A stretch of 37,364 nucleotides of DNA from an uncultured Coprobacillus sp. (GTDB taxonomy: Bacteria > Bacillota_I > Bacilli_A > ML615J-28 > CAG-698), in contig CAZHQU010000001.1 in assembly GCA_964534245.1 (NCBI GenBank), positions 1 through 37,364 of the forward strand, read 5' to 3'. The notes under the pieces are model-generated. The model worked only from the letters and a program-made list of their open reading frames with translations. It searched no databases and was not told the origin of the DNA. The stretch's first letter is position 1; each line of letters opens with the position of its first letter. Shown here piece after piece: positions 16,935-28,279 of the stretch. The translations under genes were made by a program, and so were the position numbers.

Positions 16935-17581
16935 TAAATTTCTCCTAATACTTCTTTAACATTAGCAAATATCTCATCAATACTGCCCATGCCATAAACA
17001 TTCTTAACAAGACCTTGTTTTTCATAATATGATAATACTGGTTCAGTTTTACCATAGTAAACATTTAATCTTGATTTGATTGTTTCTTCTGTGTCATCGG
17101 CTCTTTGAATAAGTTCGCTTCCACATACATCACAGATACCTTCTTGTTTAGGTTTATTTGCAACTACATGATAACTAGCTCCACATTTAGTACAAGTACG
17201 ACGACCAGTGATTCTTTCGATTAGGAAATTATCATCAACAGAAATATTTATTACAGCATCTAATTTAATATTTAATTCTTTAAGAATTTTATCTAATTCT
17301 ACAGCTTGATCTAGATTTCTTGGATATCCATCTAATAGGAATCCTTTTGCACAATCCGCTTGGGCAAGTCTTTCTTTCACTAAGTTGTTAGTAACATAAT
17401 CAGGAACTAATTGTCCTTGATCGATAAACTTCTTAGCTTCGATGCCTGTAGGTGTTTGTTCAGCTATAGCTTTTCTGAACATATCACCAGTAGATATATG
17501 AGAGATATTATATGCATCTTTAATTAATGCAGCTTGAGTTCCTTTTCCAGCACCAGGTGCACCCATTATAAGTAAACGCAT
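16934..17581 (-). CDS. adk: adenylate kinase (Zn-lid type)
   Basis: [12 protein letters not shown]-loop. Lid CTKCGASYH...CDVCG. Confidence 0.97.
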   Translation of the reverse strand: MRLLIMGAPGAGKGTQAALIKDAYNISHISTGDMFRKAIAEQTPTGIEAKKFIDQGQLVPDYVTNNLVKERLAQADCAKGFLLDGYPRNLDQAVELDKILKELNIKLDAVINISVDDNFLIERITGRRTCTKCGASYHVVANKPKQEGICDVCGSELIQRADDTEETIKSRLNVYYGKTEPVLSYYEKQGLVKNVYGMGSIDEIFANVKEVLGEI

Positions 17582-17592
17582 ATTTTTATCTC

Positions 17593-18879
17593 CTATTCCA
17601 TAAATCCACGATATTGTTTTTCTTCAGATGCACTCTTGATTTGTTTAGCAGTTTCGATTGCAACACCAACTACAATAATTAAACCAGTTCCGCCTAATTG
17701 AACAGATTCTGGAAGATCAAAAATCTTAGTCATAATAATTGGAAGTGCAGCTAATACAGCTAAATATGTAGCACCTAAAACATTAACTTTAAACAATACA
17801 CGTGAGATATAAGATCTTGTTTCTTCACCTGCACGAACACCAGGAATGTTAGCTTGTTGTTTACGTAAATTTTCCGCCATTTGTTCTGGATTCATTTGTA
17901 AGAATGAATAGAAGAATGTGAATAATACGATTAACACAATGTATACAACAAATCCGATTGGTTCAGATGAATTGAAAATTGAATTTAATACATTTGCTAC
18001 AGTTGTATTTTGTACAAAGTTTGAAATTGTTAATGGTAAACTCATTAATGTTGAAGCAAAGATTACTGGAATAACAGATGCAGAGTTTAATTTAATTGGA
18101 ATATTTGAATCATTCTTTCCTCTGAATGTTGCTGCATTAGAACGATTTGAATATTGAATAGGAATCTTTCTTTGAGCAGCTTCCATGAATACTACGCCAA
18201 TAATAATTAATAACATTAATACGATTACACCGATGAAGATGAATATTTCACCAATACCAGTTTCATCAGCTAATAGATAAGTTTGAATTAAATCATCAAT
18301 CATATCTGGATATGCAGAGATGATACCAGCAACGATCATTAAAGATGTACCATTACCAATACCTTTTGCAGTAATTAAATCTGCAAGCCATAATACGAAT
18401 GCTGTACCAGCAGTCATAACAATCGCTAAATAAATGTATGTCATTGGACCTGTTGGAGTTCCAACACCAAAGAAAATATCATTATAAGAAACAGAAACAC
18501 CTAATACAACTGTTAATGCTTGTACAAATCCAAGACCAATTGCAAGATATTTTGTTAATGTATTGATTTTTTGTTTTCCCTCTTCGCCTTCTTCAGACCA
18601 TTCCTTAATTGCAGGAACGATATCCATTTGTAGCAATTGTACAACGATAGAAGCAGTGATATATGGTGAAACACCTAGTGCAACTATTGAGAAGTTTGAT
18701 AATGCACCACCACTAAATATATCTAAGAAACCAAACATAGACTCGCCAGAGCTATATAAGGCTTGTACATTTTCAAATCTAACATATGGAAGTTGAACAA
18801 AATATCCTAATCTATAAATAAATAGAACTAGAATCGTGAAGGCAAATCCAAGCCATAATTTTTTGTTCTTTAAAACCAT
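17593..18879 (-). CDS. secY: preprotein translocase subunit SecY
   Basis: 428 aa, about 10 TM helices. ALGVSPYITASIVVQLL and GTSLMI motifs. Canonical position. Confidence 0.97.
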   Translation of the reverse strand: MVLKNKKLWLGFAFTILVLFIYRLGYFVQLPYVRFENVQALYSSGESMFGFLDIFSGGALSNFSIVALGVSPYITASIVVQLLQMDIVPAIKEWSEEGEEGKQKINTLTKYLAIGLGFVQALTVVLGVSVSYNDIFFGVGTPTGPMTYIYLAIVMTAGTAFVLWLADLITAKGIGNGTSLMIVAGIISAYPDMIDDLIQTYLLADETGIGEIFIFIGVIVLMLLIIIGVVFMEAAQRKIPIQYSNRSNAATFRGKNDSNIPIKLNSASVIPVIFASTLMSLPLTISNFVQNTTVANVLNSIFNSSEPIGFVVYIVLIVLFTFFYSFLQMNPEQMAENLRKQQANIPGVRAGEETRSYISRVLFKVNVLGATYLAVLAALPIIMTKIFDLPESVQLGGTGLIIVVGVAIETAKQIKSASEEKQYRGFME

Positions 18880-18880
18880 A

Positions 18881-19351
18881 TTAGATTACCTCGATACTTC
18901 CGCCAGCTTCAACTATAGCTTTTTCAGCAGCTTTAGAGAATTTATTAGCTTTAACTGTTAATGCTTTCTCTAATTTACCATTTCCTAAAATCTTAACTAA
19001 TTTAGCATCTTTCTTAATTAAACCTTTTTGAACTAATACTTCAGGTGTAACTACAGAACCAGCTTCGAAGCATTCACATGCGAATGCGCTAATATTAACT
19101 ACAGCATATTCAACTCTATTAACATTAGTGAATCCACGTTTAGGAATACGTTTGAATAAAGGAGTTTGACCACCTTCGTAAGCAGGACGTACACCGCCAC
19201 CGCTACGTGCGTTTTGACCTTTATGACCTCTACCACTTGTTTTTCCATGACCGCTACCAGTACCACGACCAACACGTTTACGTGAATGTCTAGCACCTTC
19301 AACAGGTTTAATTGTATGCATTTCTAATAAAGTAACTTTATTTTCGTTCAT
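18881..19351 (-). CDS. rplO: 50S ribosomal protein L15
   Basis: [31 protein letters not shown] 5 nt upstream of ATG 19351. Confidence 0.96.
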   Translation of the reverse strand: MNENKVTLLEMHTIKPVEGARHSRKRVGRGTGSGHGKTSGRGHKGQNARSGGGVRPAYEGGQTPLFKRIPKRGFTNVNRVEYAVVNISAFACECFEAGSVVTPEVLVQKGLIKKDAKLVKILGNGKLEKALTVKANKFSKAAEKAIVEAGGSIEVI

Positions 19352-19360
19352 TTTAGCCTC

Positions 19361-19549
19361 CTACTTCTCAAGTACTTCTACTAAATGAGCAACTGTAGCA
19401 ACCATACCTCTGATTGCATCGTTGTCAGGTTTAGTAACAACTTGGTTTATTTTTGATAATCCTAAAGCCTTAAGAGTACCAGCTTGATTTGGTTTACGAC
19501 CATAAGCACTTTTAACTAATTTGATTGTAATCATTTTTTCATTTGCCAT
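19361..19549 (-). CDS. rpmD: 50S ribosomal protein L30
   Basis: 62 aa, [25 protein letters not shown]. Lies between rpsE and rplO. Confidence 0.95.
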   Translation of the reverse strand: MANEKMITIKLVKSAYGRKPNQAGTLKALGLSKINQVVTKPDNDAIRGMVATVAHLVEVLEK

Positions 19550-19555
19550 AATCTA

Positions 19556-20092
19556 TTACCCCAAAATATCCTTTGGATCAAGTCCTCTGATTGCTGCAAC
19601 TTGTTCAACAGTTCTTAATGAAGCTAAACCATTGATAGTAGCTCTAACAATATTGATAGGTGTACTTGAACCTAATGATTTTGATACGATGTTTTGAATA
19701 CCAGCTAATTCAACAACAGCACGAACAGGACCACCAGCGATAACTCCAGTTCCATCAGGAGCAGGTCTTAAGAATACTTGACCAGCACCAGCGATACCAG
19801 TGATTTCATGTGGAATTGTTGTGTTGATGATTGGAACATTAACTAAGTTTTTCTTTGCATCTTCAACAGCTTTGCTAATAGCATCTGGAACTTCGATAGC
19901 TTTACCAGTTCCAAGACCTACGCGACCTTTTTTATCGCCTACAACAACAACGGCGCTAAAACGATATCTACGACCACCTTTTACAACTTTTGTAACATGG
20001 TTGATACTTACTACACGTTCTTCAAATTCTTTTACAACAGCAACTTCTTCTCTTTTGTTTTGCTTTTTGTTATCTTTTTCTTGACGCATCAT
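19556..20092 (-). CDS. rpsE: 30S ribosomal protein S5
   Basis: [33 protein letters not shown]. The second ATG (20089) may be the real start (GGAGG spacing of 6 rather than 3 nt). Confidence 0.96.
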   Translation of the reverse strand: MMRQEKDNKKQNKREEVAVVKEFEERVVSINHVTKVVKGGRRYRFSAVVVVGDKKGRVGLGTGKAIEVPDAISKAVEDAKKNLVNVPIINTTIPHEITGIAGAGQVFLRPAPDGTGVIAGGPVRAVVELAGIQNIVSKSLGSSTPINIVRATINGLASLRTVEQVAAIRGLDPKDILG

Positions 20093-20099
20093 TAACCTC

Positions 20100-20462
20100 C
20101 TAGAACTTTAATCCGGCTTCACGAGCACCTTCAGCTAATGCTTTAACACGTCCGTGATATAAATATCCACCACGGTCGAATACTACAGCAGTAATTGATT
20201 GTTCTAATGCTCTCTTAGCAACTAAAGCACCAACTTGTTTAGCAGCTTCGATGTTTGAACCGATTTCTAATTTTAATTCTTTATCATTTGATGATGCACT
20301 AACTAAAGTTGCATGTTTCTCATCATCTATAATTTGAGCATAAATATGTTGATTTGATCTAAACACATTTAAACGAGGTAAAGTAGATGTTCCAACAATG
20401 TTCTTACGAACTCTTAAATGACGTTTTTGACGCGTAACATTACGCGATTTTTTTGTAACCAC
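20100..20462 (-). CDS. rplR: 50S ribosomal protein L18
   Basis: [18 protein letters not shown]...[29 protein letters not shown] start with GGGAG SD. Confidence 0.96.
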   Translation of the reverse strand: MVTKKSRNVTRQKRHLRVRKNIVGTSTLPRLNVFRSNQHIYAQIIDDEKHATLVSASSNDKELKLEIGSNIEAAKQVGALVAKRALEQSITAVVFDRGGYLYHGRVKALAEGAREAGLKF

Positions 20463-20479
20463 TACTCATACACTCCCTT

Positions 20480-21022
20480 CTATTTATTTTTCTTTCCTTC
20501 TTTACGACGGATGATTTCATCTTTGTAACGAATACCTTTACCTAAGTATGGTTCTGGTCCTCTAATAGCTCTGATTTCTGCAGCGAATTGACCAACAACT
20601 TGTTTGTTGCATCCTTCGATAACAGCTTCAGTAGCGTTTGTTAAAGTAACCTTAACACCTTCAGGAATTTCCATTGGTACTGGATGAGAGTAACCTGCAT
20701 GAACAACTAATTTCTTAGCGCCTTCAAGTACCATCTTATAACCAACACCATTCATAACTAATGTTTTCTTGAATCCTTCAGAAACACCAACAACCATATT
20801 GTTTAATAAAGCTCTAGTTGTTCCATGAAGAGTTTTAATTCTAATTGTATCATTAGGACGAACTAATTTAATTTGACCTTCAGAAATTTCGATAGAGATT
20901 TCAGAAGCAAGCTTTGCAGATAATTCGCCTTTAGGGCCTTTTACCACAACAAAATTTCCTTCTTGAACATCTACTGTTACGTTTTCATTTAGCTTGATTA
21001 ATTTATTACCAACTCTTGACAT
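20480..21022 (-). CDS. rplF: 50S ribosomal protein L6
   Basis: MSRVGNKLIKL...VKGPKGEL...GVGYK...PEPYLGKGIRY. Confidence 0.97.
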   Translation of the reverse strand: MSRVGNKLIKLNENVTVDVQEGNFVVVKGPKGELSAKLASEISIEISEGQIKLVRPNDTIRIKTLHGTTRALLNNMVVGVSEGFKKTLVMNGVGYKMVLEGAKKLVVHAGYSHPVPMEIPEGVKVTLTNATEAVIEGCNKQVVGQFAAEIRAIRGPEPYLGKGIRYKDEIIRRKEGKKNK

Positions 21023-21033
21023 AATTCATCCTC

Positions 21034-21447
21034 CTACCAAATATAAGCCATGACTTCGCCGCCAACTTTTTGTTTACGAGCTTCTCTATCAGTCATTACT
21101 CCATTTGATGTTGAAACAATTGCAGTTCCTAAACCATTGAATACTTTTGGCATTTCGCTAGCTTTAGCATAAATTCTTAAACCAGGTTTAGATATACGAG
21201 TTAGTCCTTTAATAACTCTTTCCTTCTTATCAGTGTATTTTAATGTAACTAAAATATATTTTTCAAATCTGTGGTTCTTTAATTCTCTTTCAAGAACTTC
21301 GTAATTTGCGATATATCCTTCTTTTTTAATTACTTCTAAAATTTCTAATTTTGCATTTGATACTGACATTTCTACTTTTTCGTGTTTTGCTTGGTTAGCA
21401 TTACGAATACGAGTAAGCATATCAGCAATTGGATCAGTCATTCCCAT
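21034..21447 (-). CDS. rpsH: 30S ribosomal protein S8
   Basis: [15 protein letters not shown]...GGEVMAYIW. Confidence 0.97.
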   Translation of the reverse strand: MGMTDPIADMLTRIRNANQAKHEKVEMSVSNAKLEILEVIKKEGYIANYEVLERELKNHRFEKYILVTLKYTDKKERVIKGLTRISKPGLRIYAKASEMPKVFNGLGTAIVSTSNGVMTDREARKQKVGGEVMAYIW

Positions 21448-21461
21448 TATTAGACTCCTTC

Positions 21462-21647
21462 CTACCAGCTTGATTTAGTAACGCCAGGGATTTGTCCCTT
21501 GTACGCTAACTCTCTAAAGCATAAGCGGCATAATTTAAATTTACGATATACAGAGTGAGGACGTCCGCAGCGTTCGCATCTAGTATATTCTCTTACCTTA
21601 AATTTAGGTGTACGATGATTTTTAACTTTTAACGATGTTTTAGCCAT
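21462..21647 (-). CDS. rpsN: 30S ribosomal protein S14, zinc-binding type Z
   Basis: 61 aa. [38 protein letters not shown] (CxxC...CxxC). Confidence 0.96.
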   Translation of the reverse strand: MAKTSLKVKNHRTPKFKVREYTRCERCGRPHSVYRKFKLCRLCFRELAYKGQIPGVTKSSW

Positions 21648-21659
21648 AATAAGTCTCCT

Positions 21660-22199
21660 TTACTTTTTAAATGGCATTCCCATTAGTTTTAATAATTCAC
21701 GGCCTTCATTATCAGTTTTTGCTGTAGTAACAATAACGATATCCATACCACGAACTTTTAATACTTTATCAAAATTGATTTCTGGGAAAATCAATTGTTC
21801 CTTAATTCCTAGTGTGTAATTTCCACGTCCATCAAATGAATCTTTGCTTAAGCCACGGAAGTCACGTACACGTGGAAGTGCGATAGAAACAAGTTTATCA
21901 AAGAATTCATACATTCTTTCTCCACGAAGAGTTACTTTACAACCGATTGCTACACCTTCACGTAATTTGAAAGCAGCGATTGATTTTCTAGCTTTAGTAA
22001 TGATTGGTTTTTGACCAGTGATAGTCTTTAAATCTTCAACAGCAGCATCTAACACTTTAGAGTTTGTGATTGCATCACCAACACCCATGTTAACAACTAT
22101 TTTTTCAATCTTTGGAACTTGCATAACTGATGAATAACCAAATGTCTTCATTAATTCAGGTTTAACATTTTCATTATAATTAACTAATAATCTATTCAT
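21660..22199 (-). CDS. rplE: 50S ribosomal protein L5
   Basis: [16 protein letters not shown]...[11 protein letters not shown]. Confidence 0.97.
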   Translation of the reverse strand: MNRLLVNYNENVKPELMKTFGYSSVMQVPKIEKIVVNMGVGDAITNSKVLDAAVEDLKTITGQKPIITKARKSIAAFKLREGVAIGCKVTLRGERMYEFFDKLVSIALPRVRDFRGLSKDSFDGRGNYTLGIKEQLIFPEINFDKVLKVRGMDIVIVTTAKTDNEGRELLKLMGMPFKK

Positions 22200-22201
22200 A
22201 A

Positions 22202-22516
22202 TTATTTATCTAGTTCCTTTCCGCTGTTCTTTGAAAAACGAACTTTTTTACCTTTCGCATTCAATTTATAGCCAATTTTTGTAGCTTTACCTTCACTAAC
22301 TTCGAAATACATAACGTTTGAAATTGCGATAGGAGCTTCTTTTTGAATAATTCCACCATCAGGGTATTCATTGTTAGGTCTAGTATGACGACTAACTTTG
22401 TTTACGCCTTCAACAAGAACTTTTTGTTCTTTTACATATACTTTTAATACTTTACCAGTTGTACCTTTAGAGTCACCACTGATTACTTGTACTGTATCAC
22501 CTTTTTTAATAAACAT
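22202..22516 (-). CDS. rplX: 50S ribosomal protein L24
   Basis: [26 protein letters not shown] (KOW motif). Confidence 0.96.
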   Translation of the reverse strand: MFIKKGDTVQVISGDSKGTTGKVLKVYVKEQKVLVEGVNKVSRHTRPNNEYPDGGIIQKEAPIAISNVMYFEVSEGKATKIGYKLNAKGKKVRFSKNSGKELDK

Positions 22517-22527
22517 AATACCCCTCC

Positions 22528-22896
22528 TTATAGAACTTCAGGAGCTAAAGAAATGATCTTCATGTAATCTTTATCACGTAATTCACGTGCAACAGGGCCG
22601 AAGATACGAGTTCCTCTTGGGCTCTTGTCATCTTTAATGATTACAGCTGCGTTATCATCAAATTTGATGTAACTACCATCTTTTCTTCTTAATCCACTCT
22701 TAGTTCTAACAATTACAGCTTTAATAACGTCACCTTTTTTAACTACACCACCAGGAGTTGCTGATTTAACTGATGCTACAATAACATCACCAATGTTAGC
22801 ATATTTATGTCTAGTACCACCTAATACTTTAATGCAAAGTAATTCTTTAGCACCAGAGTTGTCAGCTACTTTAAGTCTTGATTCTTGTTGTATCAT
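22528..22896 (-). CDS. rplN: 50S ribosomal protein L14
   Basis: [27 protein letters not shown]...[10 protein letters not shown]. Confidence 0.98.
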   Translation of the reverse strand: MIQQESRLKVADNSGAKELLCIKVLGGTRHKYANIGDVIVASVKSATPGGVVKKGDVIKAVIVRTKSGLRRKDGSYIKFDDNAAVIIKDDKSPRGTRIFGPVARELRDKDYMKIISLAPEVL

Positions 22897-22908
22897 AAAT
22901 TAGCCTCC

Positions 22909-23169
22909 TTATAGTTGTACAGCTCTTTCAACAATTTCAACTAAACGGAAGTTCTTAGTTTTTGATAATGGTCTAGTTTCCATAATTTTAACTTTATCCC
23001 CCATTTTAGCATCATTGTTTTCATCATGAGCAGTTAACTTCTTTGAATATTCTACGCGTTTTCCATATAAAGGATGTTTGCGATATGTTGTAACTAATAC
23101 TTTAATAGTTTTTTCTTCTTTAATTGAAACAACTGTTCCAACATAAACTTTACGACTATTTCTTTCCAT
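22909..23169 (-). CDS. rpsQ: 30S ribosomal protein S17
   Basis: [30 protein letters not shown]...[17 protein letters not shown]. Confidence 0.97.
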   Translation of the reverse strand: MERNSRKVYVGTVVSIKEEKTIKVLVTTYRKHPLYGKRVEYSKKLTAHDENNDAKMGDKVKIMETRPLSKTKNFRLVEIVERAVQL

Positions 23170-23183
23170 AATAGAGAGCCTCC

Positions 23184-23423
23184 TTACTTGTTAGCATTAG
23201 CACGTTGATTTAAAACAGTTTTCATACGTGCGATTGCTTTCTTTGCTTTTCTAATTCTGTCTGTGTTCTCTAATTTACCAACTGCAGATTGAAAGCGTAA
23301 ATTAAATAATTCTTTCTTAAGATTTTCAATATTATTTAAAATAGTGGCATCATCCATATTAGCGATTTTTTCCATCTCAGTTACCTTTTTAGATGTTTCT
23401 TTTTTAACTTCTTTTTTTGCCAT
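23184..23423 (-). CDS. rpmC: 50S ribosomal protein L29 (possible 16-aa N-terminal extension)
   Basis: [40 protein letters not shown] 23423 overlaps the rplP stop by 1 nt. The internal ATG at 23375 (MEKIANMDD...) would give a canonical-length L29. Confidence 0.93.
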   Translation of the reverse strand: MAKKEVKKETSKKVTEMEKIANMDDATILNNIENLKKELFNLRFQSAVGKLENTDRIRKAKKAIARMKTVLNQRANANK

Positions 23424-23842
23424 TATTCTTCACCACTTTCTTTAGTAACTACTTTTGTTTGAACAGGTAATTTGTGTGAAGCAAGTCTTAAAGCTTCGCG
23501 AGCTACAGCTTCGCTAACTCCACCGATTTCAAACATAACTGTACCTTTTTTAACTACAGCAACATATCCGTCAGGAGAACCTTTACCGCCTCCCATACGT
23601 ACTTCTAATGGTTTACGTGTTTGAATGATATGTGGGAAAATTCTAATCCATACTTTCCCTTCACGTTTCATATAACGAGTCATAGCGATACGAGCAGCTT
23701 CGATTTGTGCAGCAGTAATCCATGAACCTTCTAATGCTTGTAAACCATATTCACCAAAATCTACTTTTTTAGCTCCTTTTGCTTTACCTTCATAACTAAC
23801 TCTATGAGGTCTACGGAACTTAGTTCTCTTAGGCATTAACAT
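23423..23842 (-). CDS. rplP: 50S ribosomal protein L16
   Basis: [14 protein letters not shown]...[11 protein letters not shown]...RMGGGKGSP. Confidence 0.98.
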   Translation of the reverse strand: MLMPKRTKFRRPHRVSYEGKAKGAKKVDFGEYGLQALEGSWITAAQIEAARIAMTRYMKREGKVWIRIFPHIIQTRKPLEVRMGGGKGSPDGYVAVVKKGTVMFEIGGVSEAVAREALRLASHKLPVQTKVVTKESGEE

Positions 23843-23844
23843 AA

Positions 23845-24540
23845 TTATTTAGCCTCCTTATTTACTTTTTTAGTTGGTAAAACTTCTCCTTTACAGATCC
23901 ATACTTTAACACCTAATTTACCATATGTTGTACTAGCTTCAGCGATTGCGTAGTCAACATCTGCTCTTAAAGTGTGTAGTGGAACTGTACCTTCAGAATA
24001 ACCTTCACGACGAGCCATTTCAGCACCACCTAAACGACCAGAGATTGAAGTTTTGATACCTTTAGCACCAGCTCTCATAGCGTCTTGGATAGCTTTCTTT
24101 TGAACACGACGGAATGAAGCTCTGTTTTCAAGTTGTCTTGCAATGTTACGAGCAACTAATGTTGCATCTAAGTTAGGATTTGCAATTTCAACAACTGATA
24201 AATAGAAGATTTTTCCAGTCATCTTTTGTAATAATTGTACTAAACCATTTTTATTACTTCCTTCTTTACCAATGATAAAACCAGGTTTAACAGTGTAAAG
24301 AGTTAACATAACTTTAGTTTTTGTTCTTTCAATTTCAATCTTAGAAATACCATGATCGTTTACACCTTTTTGATCTTCACGATTGCTTGGTAATTCTTCA
24401 TAATATTTAACAACTGCTTTACGGATTCTAATATCTTCTTGTAATAAGTCTGCAACTTCTTTTTTGTTTGCATACCATTTAGATTCCCAGTCTTTAATAA
24501 TACCTATACGTAAGCCTATTGGATTAACTTTTTGACCCAT
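23845..24540 (-). CDS. rpsC: 30S ribosomal protein S3
   Basis: [14 protein letters not shown]..., KH domain, [20 protein letters not shown]. Confidence 0.98.
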   Translation of the reverse strand: MGQKVNPIGLRIGIIKDWESKWYANKKEVADLLQEDIRIRKAVVKYYEELPSNREDQKGVNDHGISKIEIERTKTKVMLTLYTVKPGFIIGKEGSNKNGLVQLLQKMTGKIFYLSVVEIANPNLDATLVARNIARQLENRASFRRVQKKAIQDAMRAGAKGIKTSISGRLGGAEMARREGYSEGTVPLHTLRADVDYAIAEASTTYGKLGVKVWICKGEVLPTKKVNKEAK

Positions 24541-24549
24541 ATTATCCTC

Positions 24550-24900
24550 CTAATTCTTCTCTGCAAGAACAATTGTTATATGACATGTTCTCTTTAATAA
24601 TCTGTCTGCGCTTCCTTTAGCTCTTGGTAAATATCTCTTCATTGTTGGGCCTTCATTAACGAATGCTTCTTTAACGAATAGATTTTCCTTGTTCATGTGG
24701 AAGTTGTTTACAGCGTTTGCAGCAGCAGATAATAATACTTTTCCAACTGCTTCGCTTGCAGCGTTTGGTGTTAATTTTAATATAGCAGCAGCTTCAGATG
24801 CTTTTTTGCCTCTTACTAAGTCAATTACTAATCTTGCTTTACGAGGAGTAATACGGACAGTTTTAGCAGTACATCTTGCTTCAGTTTTTAAGCCTTCCAT
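24550..24900 (-). CDS. rplV: 50S ribosomal protein L22
   Basis: [18 protein letters not shown]...[29 protein letters not shown]. Confidence 0.97.
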   Translation of the reverse strand: MEGLKTEARCTAKTVRITPRKARLVIDLVRGKKASEAAAILKLTPNAASEAVGKVLLSAAANAVNNFHMNKENLFVKEAFVNEGPTMKRYLPRAKGSADRLLKRTCHITIVLAEKN

Positions 24901-24912
24901 AATTCAATCCTC

Positions 24913-25176
24913 CTATTTCTTATCTTTACCGTGACCACGGTAAGTTCTTGTTGGAGCAAATTCTCCAAGTTTATGACCAACCATATCCTCAGTTACATAT
25001 ACTGGAATATGTACTTTTCCATTATAAACAGCGATTGTGCGTCCAATAAATTCAGGGAATATAGTTGAACGACGTGACCATGTTTGTATAACTTTTTTAT
25101 TAGCTTCTGTTTGAGATTCAACCTTTTTCATTAAATGTTCATCGATAAAAGGTCCTTTTTTAAGTGAACGTGCCAT
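24913..25176 (-). CDS. rpsS: 30S ribosomal protein S19
   Basis: [15 protein letters not shown]...[16 protein letters not shown]. Confidence 0.98.
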   Translation of the reverse strand: MARSLKKGPFIDEHLMKKVESQTEANKKVIQTWSRRSTIFPEFIGRTIAVYNGKVHIPVYVTEDMVGHKLGEFAPTRTYRGHGKDKK

Positions 25177-25191
25177 TATTTATTCCCCTTT

Positions 25192-26022
25192 CTATCCATT
25201 ACGACGACGTAAGATTAAGTCGTTAGATTTTTTCTTATTTTTACGAGTCTTCTTACCAAGAGCAATTTTACCCCAAGGAGTAAGTGGAGCTCTTCTACCA
25301 ACTGGTGTTCTACCTTCACCACCACCATGAGGATGGTCATTAGGATTCATAACAGAACCACGAACAGTAGGTAAGATACCCATATGGCGTTTTCTACCAG
25401 CTTTACCAATATTAACGTTCATGTGATCAGCATTTCCAACTTCACCGATTGTTGCATAACAATTTCCTAGTACTTTACGCATTTCATTACTTGGGAAACG
25501 AATGATAACATATTTACCTTCACGACCTAAGATTTGAGCGCTAGCACCTGCAGATCTTACTAATTGTCCACCATGACCTGCATATAATTCAATATTATGA
25601 ATAAATGTACCAACTGGAATTTTATCTAATGGTAATGCGTTACCAACGCGGATGTCAGCATTATCACCAGACATAACTTTATCACCAACTTTGATTCCTT
25701 TAGGTGCTAAGATATATCTCTTTTCACCATCAACATAGTTAACTAAGCAAATGTTAGCTGATCTGTTTGGATCGTATTCGATTGTTGCGATTGTTCCAGC
25801 AATATCTTTTTTATTTCTCTTAAAATCTATGATACGGTATTTTCTCTTTGCACCGCCACCTTGATGACGAACAGTGATTCTACCAGTGTTGTTACGACCA
25901 CCTTTTTTATTTAAAGGTGCTAATAAACTTTTCTCAGGAGTTGAAGTTGTAATATCTTCATTAACTAAAGTCGACATATTACGACGACCATTAGTCGTTG
26001 GATTATATTTTTTAATAGCCAT
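25192..26022 (-). CDS. rplB: 50S ribosomal protein L2
   Basis: [14 protein letters not shown]...[15 protein letters not shown]. Confidence 0.98.
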   Translation of the reverse strand: MAIKKYNPTTNGRRNMSTLVNEDITTSTPEKSLLAPLNKKGGRNNTGRITVRHQGGGAKRKYRIIDFKRNKKDIAGTIATIEYDPNRSANICLVNYVDGEKRYILAPKGIKVGDKVMSGDNADIRVGNALPLDKIPVGTFIHNIELYAGHGGQLVRSAGASAQILGREGKYVIIRFPSNEMRKVLGNCYATIGEVGNADHMNVNIGKAGRKRHMGILPTVRGSVMNPNDHPHGGGEGRTPVGRRAPLTPWGKIALGKKTRKNKKKSNDLILRRRNG

Positions 26023-26032
26023 TGTTTACCTC

Positions 26033-26323
26033 CTAGATTTCAAATACGTCTAAAGTACCTTTTTCAAGAGTAACGATTGCTTTACGAACAGCTGCTTTAA
26101 AACCTTCGTAACGTCCCATCTTATGAGGTTTCTTTCTAACGTTGATAATTTTTACGCTTTTAACTTTTACATTTTTAGAAGCGAATATTGTTTCAATTGC
26201 ATTTTTAACTTCAATTTTGTTTGAACCTTGACTAACTTCAAAAGTATATTTATTTTCTTCAGCTAGTTTAGTTGTTTTTTCAGTAATAATTTGTTTAACG
26301 ATAATATCATAAGGATTTTTCAT
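26033..26323 (-). CDS. rplW: 50S ribosomal protein L23
   Basis: 96 aa, ITEKTTKLAEENKYTFEV...KKAIVTL. Lies between rplD and rplB. Confidence 0.96.
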   Translation of the reverse strand: MKNPYDIIVKQIITEKTTKLAEENKYTFEVSQGSNKIEVKNAIETIFASKNVKVKSVKIINVRKKPHKMGRYEGFKAAVRKAIVTLEKGTLDVFEI

Positions 26324-26946
26324 TATTTTAATACCTCCTCATATTTCTTAACAGCACTTTCTGTTAATACATAAGTTGTACCATTAATTAAATCATAAAC
26401 GCTTAAATGATCAATGTTTTGTGCATAAACGTTAGGAATGTTGTTTGAAGCGATTGATACATTTGTATTTTCTTCAGCTAAACAAACGATAACTTTTCCA
26501 TTAACATTTAAAGCTTCAAGAACTTTAACGAATTCTTTAGTTTTGAATGATTCTAATTTTAAATCCTCTACAACTACTAGGCTGTTATTTGCTAATCTGT
26601 TTGATAATAAAACTTTCTTTGCTAATTTAACAACTTTCTTGTTAACTTTAACTTCATAACTTCTTGGAGTTGGACCAAATACGATACCACCACCGCGCCA
26701 TTGTGGAGCTCTAATAGTTCCTTGACGAGCACGACCAGTTCCTTTTTGTCTCCAAGGTTTTTTGCCGCCGCCGCTTACTTCGCTACGACCTTTAACTTTA
26801 TGAGTACCTTGTCTCTTTGCTGCTCTTTCAGCATTAACAACATCATAAACTACTTGCATATTTAGTTCGGCACCAAATACTGTTTCATCAAGAGTAATTT
26901 CCTTAACTTCTGCACCTAATTGGTTTAATACTTTTATAGTAGGCAT
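26323..26946 (-). CDS. rplD: 50S ribosomal protein L4
   Basis: GGGKKPWRQKGTGRARQGTIRAPQWRGGG. Confidence 0.98.
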   Translation of the reverse strand: MPTIKVLNQLGAEVKEITLDETVFGAELNMQVVYDVVNAERAAKRQGTHKVKGRSEVSGGGKKPWRQKGTGRARQGTIRAPQWRGGGIVFGPTPRSYEVKVNKKVVKLAKKVLLSNRLANNSLVVVEDLKLESFKTKEFVKVLEALNVNGKVIVCLAEENTNVSIASNNIPNVYAQNIDHLSVYDLINGTTYVLTESAVKKYEEVLK

Positions 26947-26961
26947 TTTAATTTCTCCTTT

Positions 26962-27621
26962 CTACACTAAAGCAGCAGGGTTAATTGGTTGTGGTTTAGC
27001 TTTAACAGCATTTGAAATCATAACATATGATTTCTTAGCACCAGGAACATTACCCCTTACTAAAATGATATTTTTTTCTACATCAACCTTAACGATTTCT
27101 AAGTTTTGAACTGTAACTTGTTCTCCACCTAATCTACCAGGCATTTTCTTATTTTTGAAGATTCTTGCTGAATCGATTGAACCCATTGAACCAACACCTC
27201 TGTGATAACCAGAACCGTGTGCCATAGGGCCTCTATGGAAGTTGTGACGTTTGATTGTACCAGCATAACCTTTACCTTTACTTGTTCCAGTTACGTCTAC
27301 AATTTCACCTTCCGCGAATATATTAACTTTAACCTCTTGGCCTGCCTTGAAGACTAACATTTCTTCCCCAGCGATTTCTTTAATGAAGCGCTTAGGATTT
27401 GTGCCAGCTTTTTCAGCATGCTTAACTGCAGCTTTAGTCGAATTTTTGACTTTAGCATCTGCGAAACCTAATTGAACAGCGTTATAACCGTCGTTCATTT
27501 CTGTTTTAACTTGAAGCACAACGTTTGGTTCAGCCTGTATAACTGTTACAGGAATTAAATCACCTTGTGCTGAGAAAATTTGTGTCATACCAATTTTTCT
27601 ACCTAAGATTCCTTTAGCCAT
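26962..27621 (-). CDS. rplC: 50S ribosomal protein L3
   Basis: [16 protein letters not shown]...[17 protein letters not shown]. Confidence 0.98.
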   Translation of the reverse strand: MAKGILGRKIGMTQIFSAQGDLIPVTVIQAEPNVVLQVKTEMNDGYNAVQLGFADAKVKNSTKAAVKHAEKAGTNPKRFIKEIAGEEMLVFKAGQEVKVNIFAEGEIVDVTGTSKGKGYAGTIKRHNFHRGPMAHGSGYHRGVGSMGSIDSARIFKNKKMPGRLGGEQVTVQNLEIVKVDVEKNIILVRGNVPGAKKSYVMISNAVKAKPQPINPAALV

Positions 27622-27649
27622 GAGTTTTCACCTCCTATTAAATTACTCA

Positions 27650-27955
27650 TTATTTAAGAATGATATCAACACCAACAGGAATTTCTAAGTGAACTAGAGC
27701 ATCCATTGTTTTTGGTGTAGTTTCAACTATGTCGATTAAACGTTTGTGAGTTCTTCTTTCGAATTGTTCACGACTATCTTTATGTTTGTGTGGTGAACGA
27801 ATAATTGTGAAGACTTCTTTTTCAGTTGGTAGTGGAATAGGTCCAGATACCTTTGCGCCTGTCTTCTTTGCAGCGTCAACAAATTTCTTAGCTGCTTCAT
27901 CGATTAATCTGTGATCATAAGAAACTAATTTAATTCTTAATGCTTTCTTTGCCAT
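27650..27955 (-). CDS. rpsJ: 30S ribosomal protein S10
   Basis: [16 protein letters not shown]...GPIPLPT...[22 protein letters not shown]. Confidence 0.98.
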   Translation of the reverse strand: MAKKALRIKLVSYDHRLIDEAAKKFVDAAKKTGAKVSGPIPLPTEKEVFTIIRSPHKHKDSREQFERRTHKRLIDIVETTPKTMDALVHLEIPVGVDIILK

Positions 27956-28087
27956 GTTTGTTCCTCCTTCGCATTCATTTTAAATGTTGCTCGACTCCAT
28001 GTAAATTACCTGAAACACTAGGTCTTGGCAACGTACCCGTGTGTATCAGCAACCTCACATATCTACGTCTCTCTATGAGCCTTTAGT

Positions 28088-28116
28088 ATTATATCATATT
28101 TCAATATGTATGTCAA
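28088..28116 (-). promoter_or_regulatory. sigma-A-type promoter of the S10-spc-alpha supercluster
   Basis: Minus strand TTGACA (28111-28116), 17 nt, TATAAT (28088-28093). Leaves an untranslated leader of about 125 nt before rpsJ. Confidence 0.75.
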
Positions 28117-28165
28117 ACACTTTTTTAACTTTTTTTCTTTTTTTATGATCAATTTACACAAAACC

Positions 28166-28196
28166 AAAAAAAGACTAGATTTTCAGGTCTAGTCTT
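28166..28196 (-). terminator. rho-independent terminator after the yebC-family / 2-TM gene pair
   Basis: AAGACTAGA (28171-28179) / TCTAGTCTT (28188-28196) stem with an 8-nt loop. The minus-strand T run is the complement of A28166-28172. Confidence 0.8.
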
Positions 28197-28279
28197 TACT
28201 ATTTATTTTAAGATATTACAACTTATAATTAGGAAATTTTTATATAAAAATATAAACTTTAAAATAGATAGATTTTTAA

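Noticed and set aside
14123-26659. ORFs 14123-14332, 15025-15279, 17918-18157, 18563-18796, 19099-19302, 19800-20084, 24689-24934 and 26438-26659
   Set aside because: All lie inside, or in alternative frames of, universally conserved ribosomal/secY/rpoA genes. 19099-19302 is an alternative frame of rplO whose Val/Lys-rich product mirrors the Gly/Arg-rich codons.
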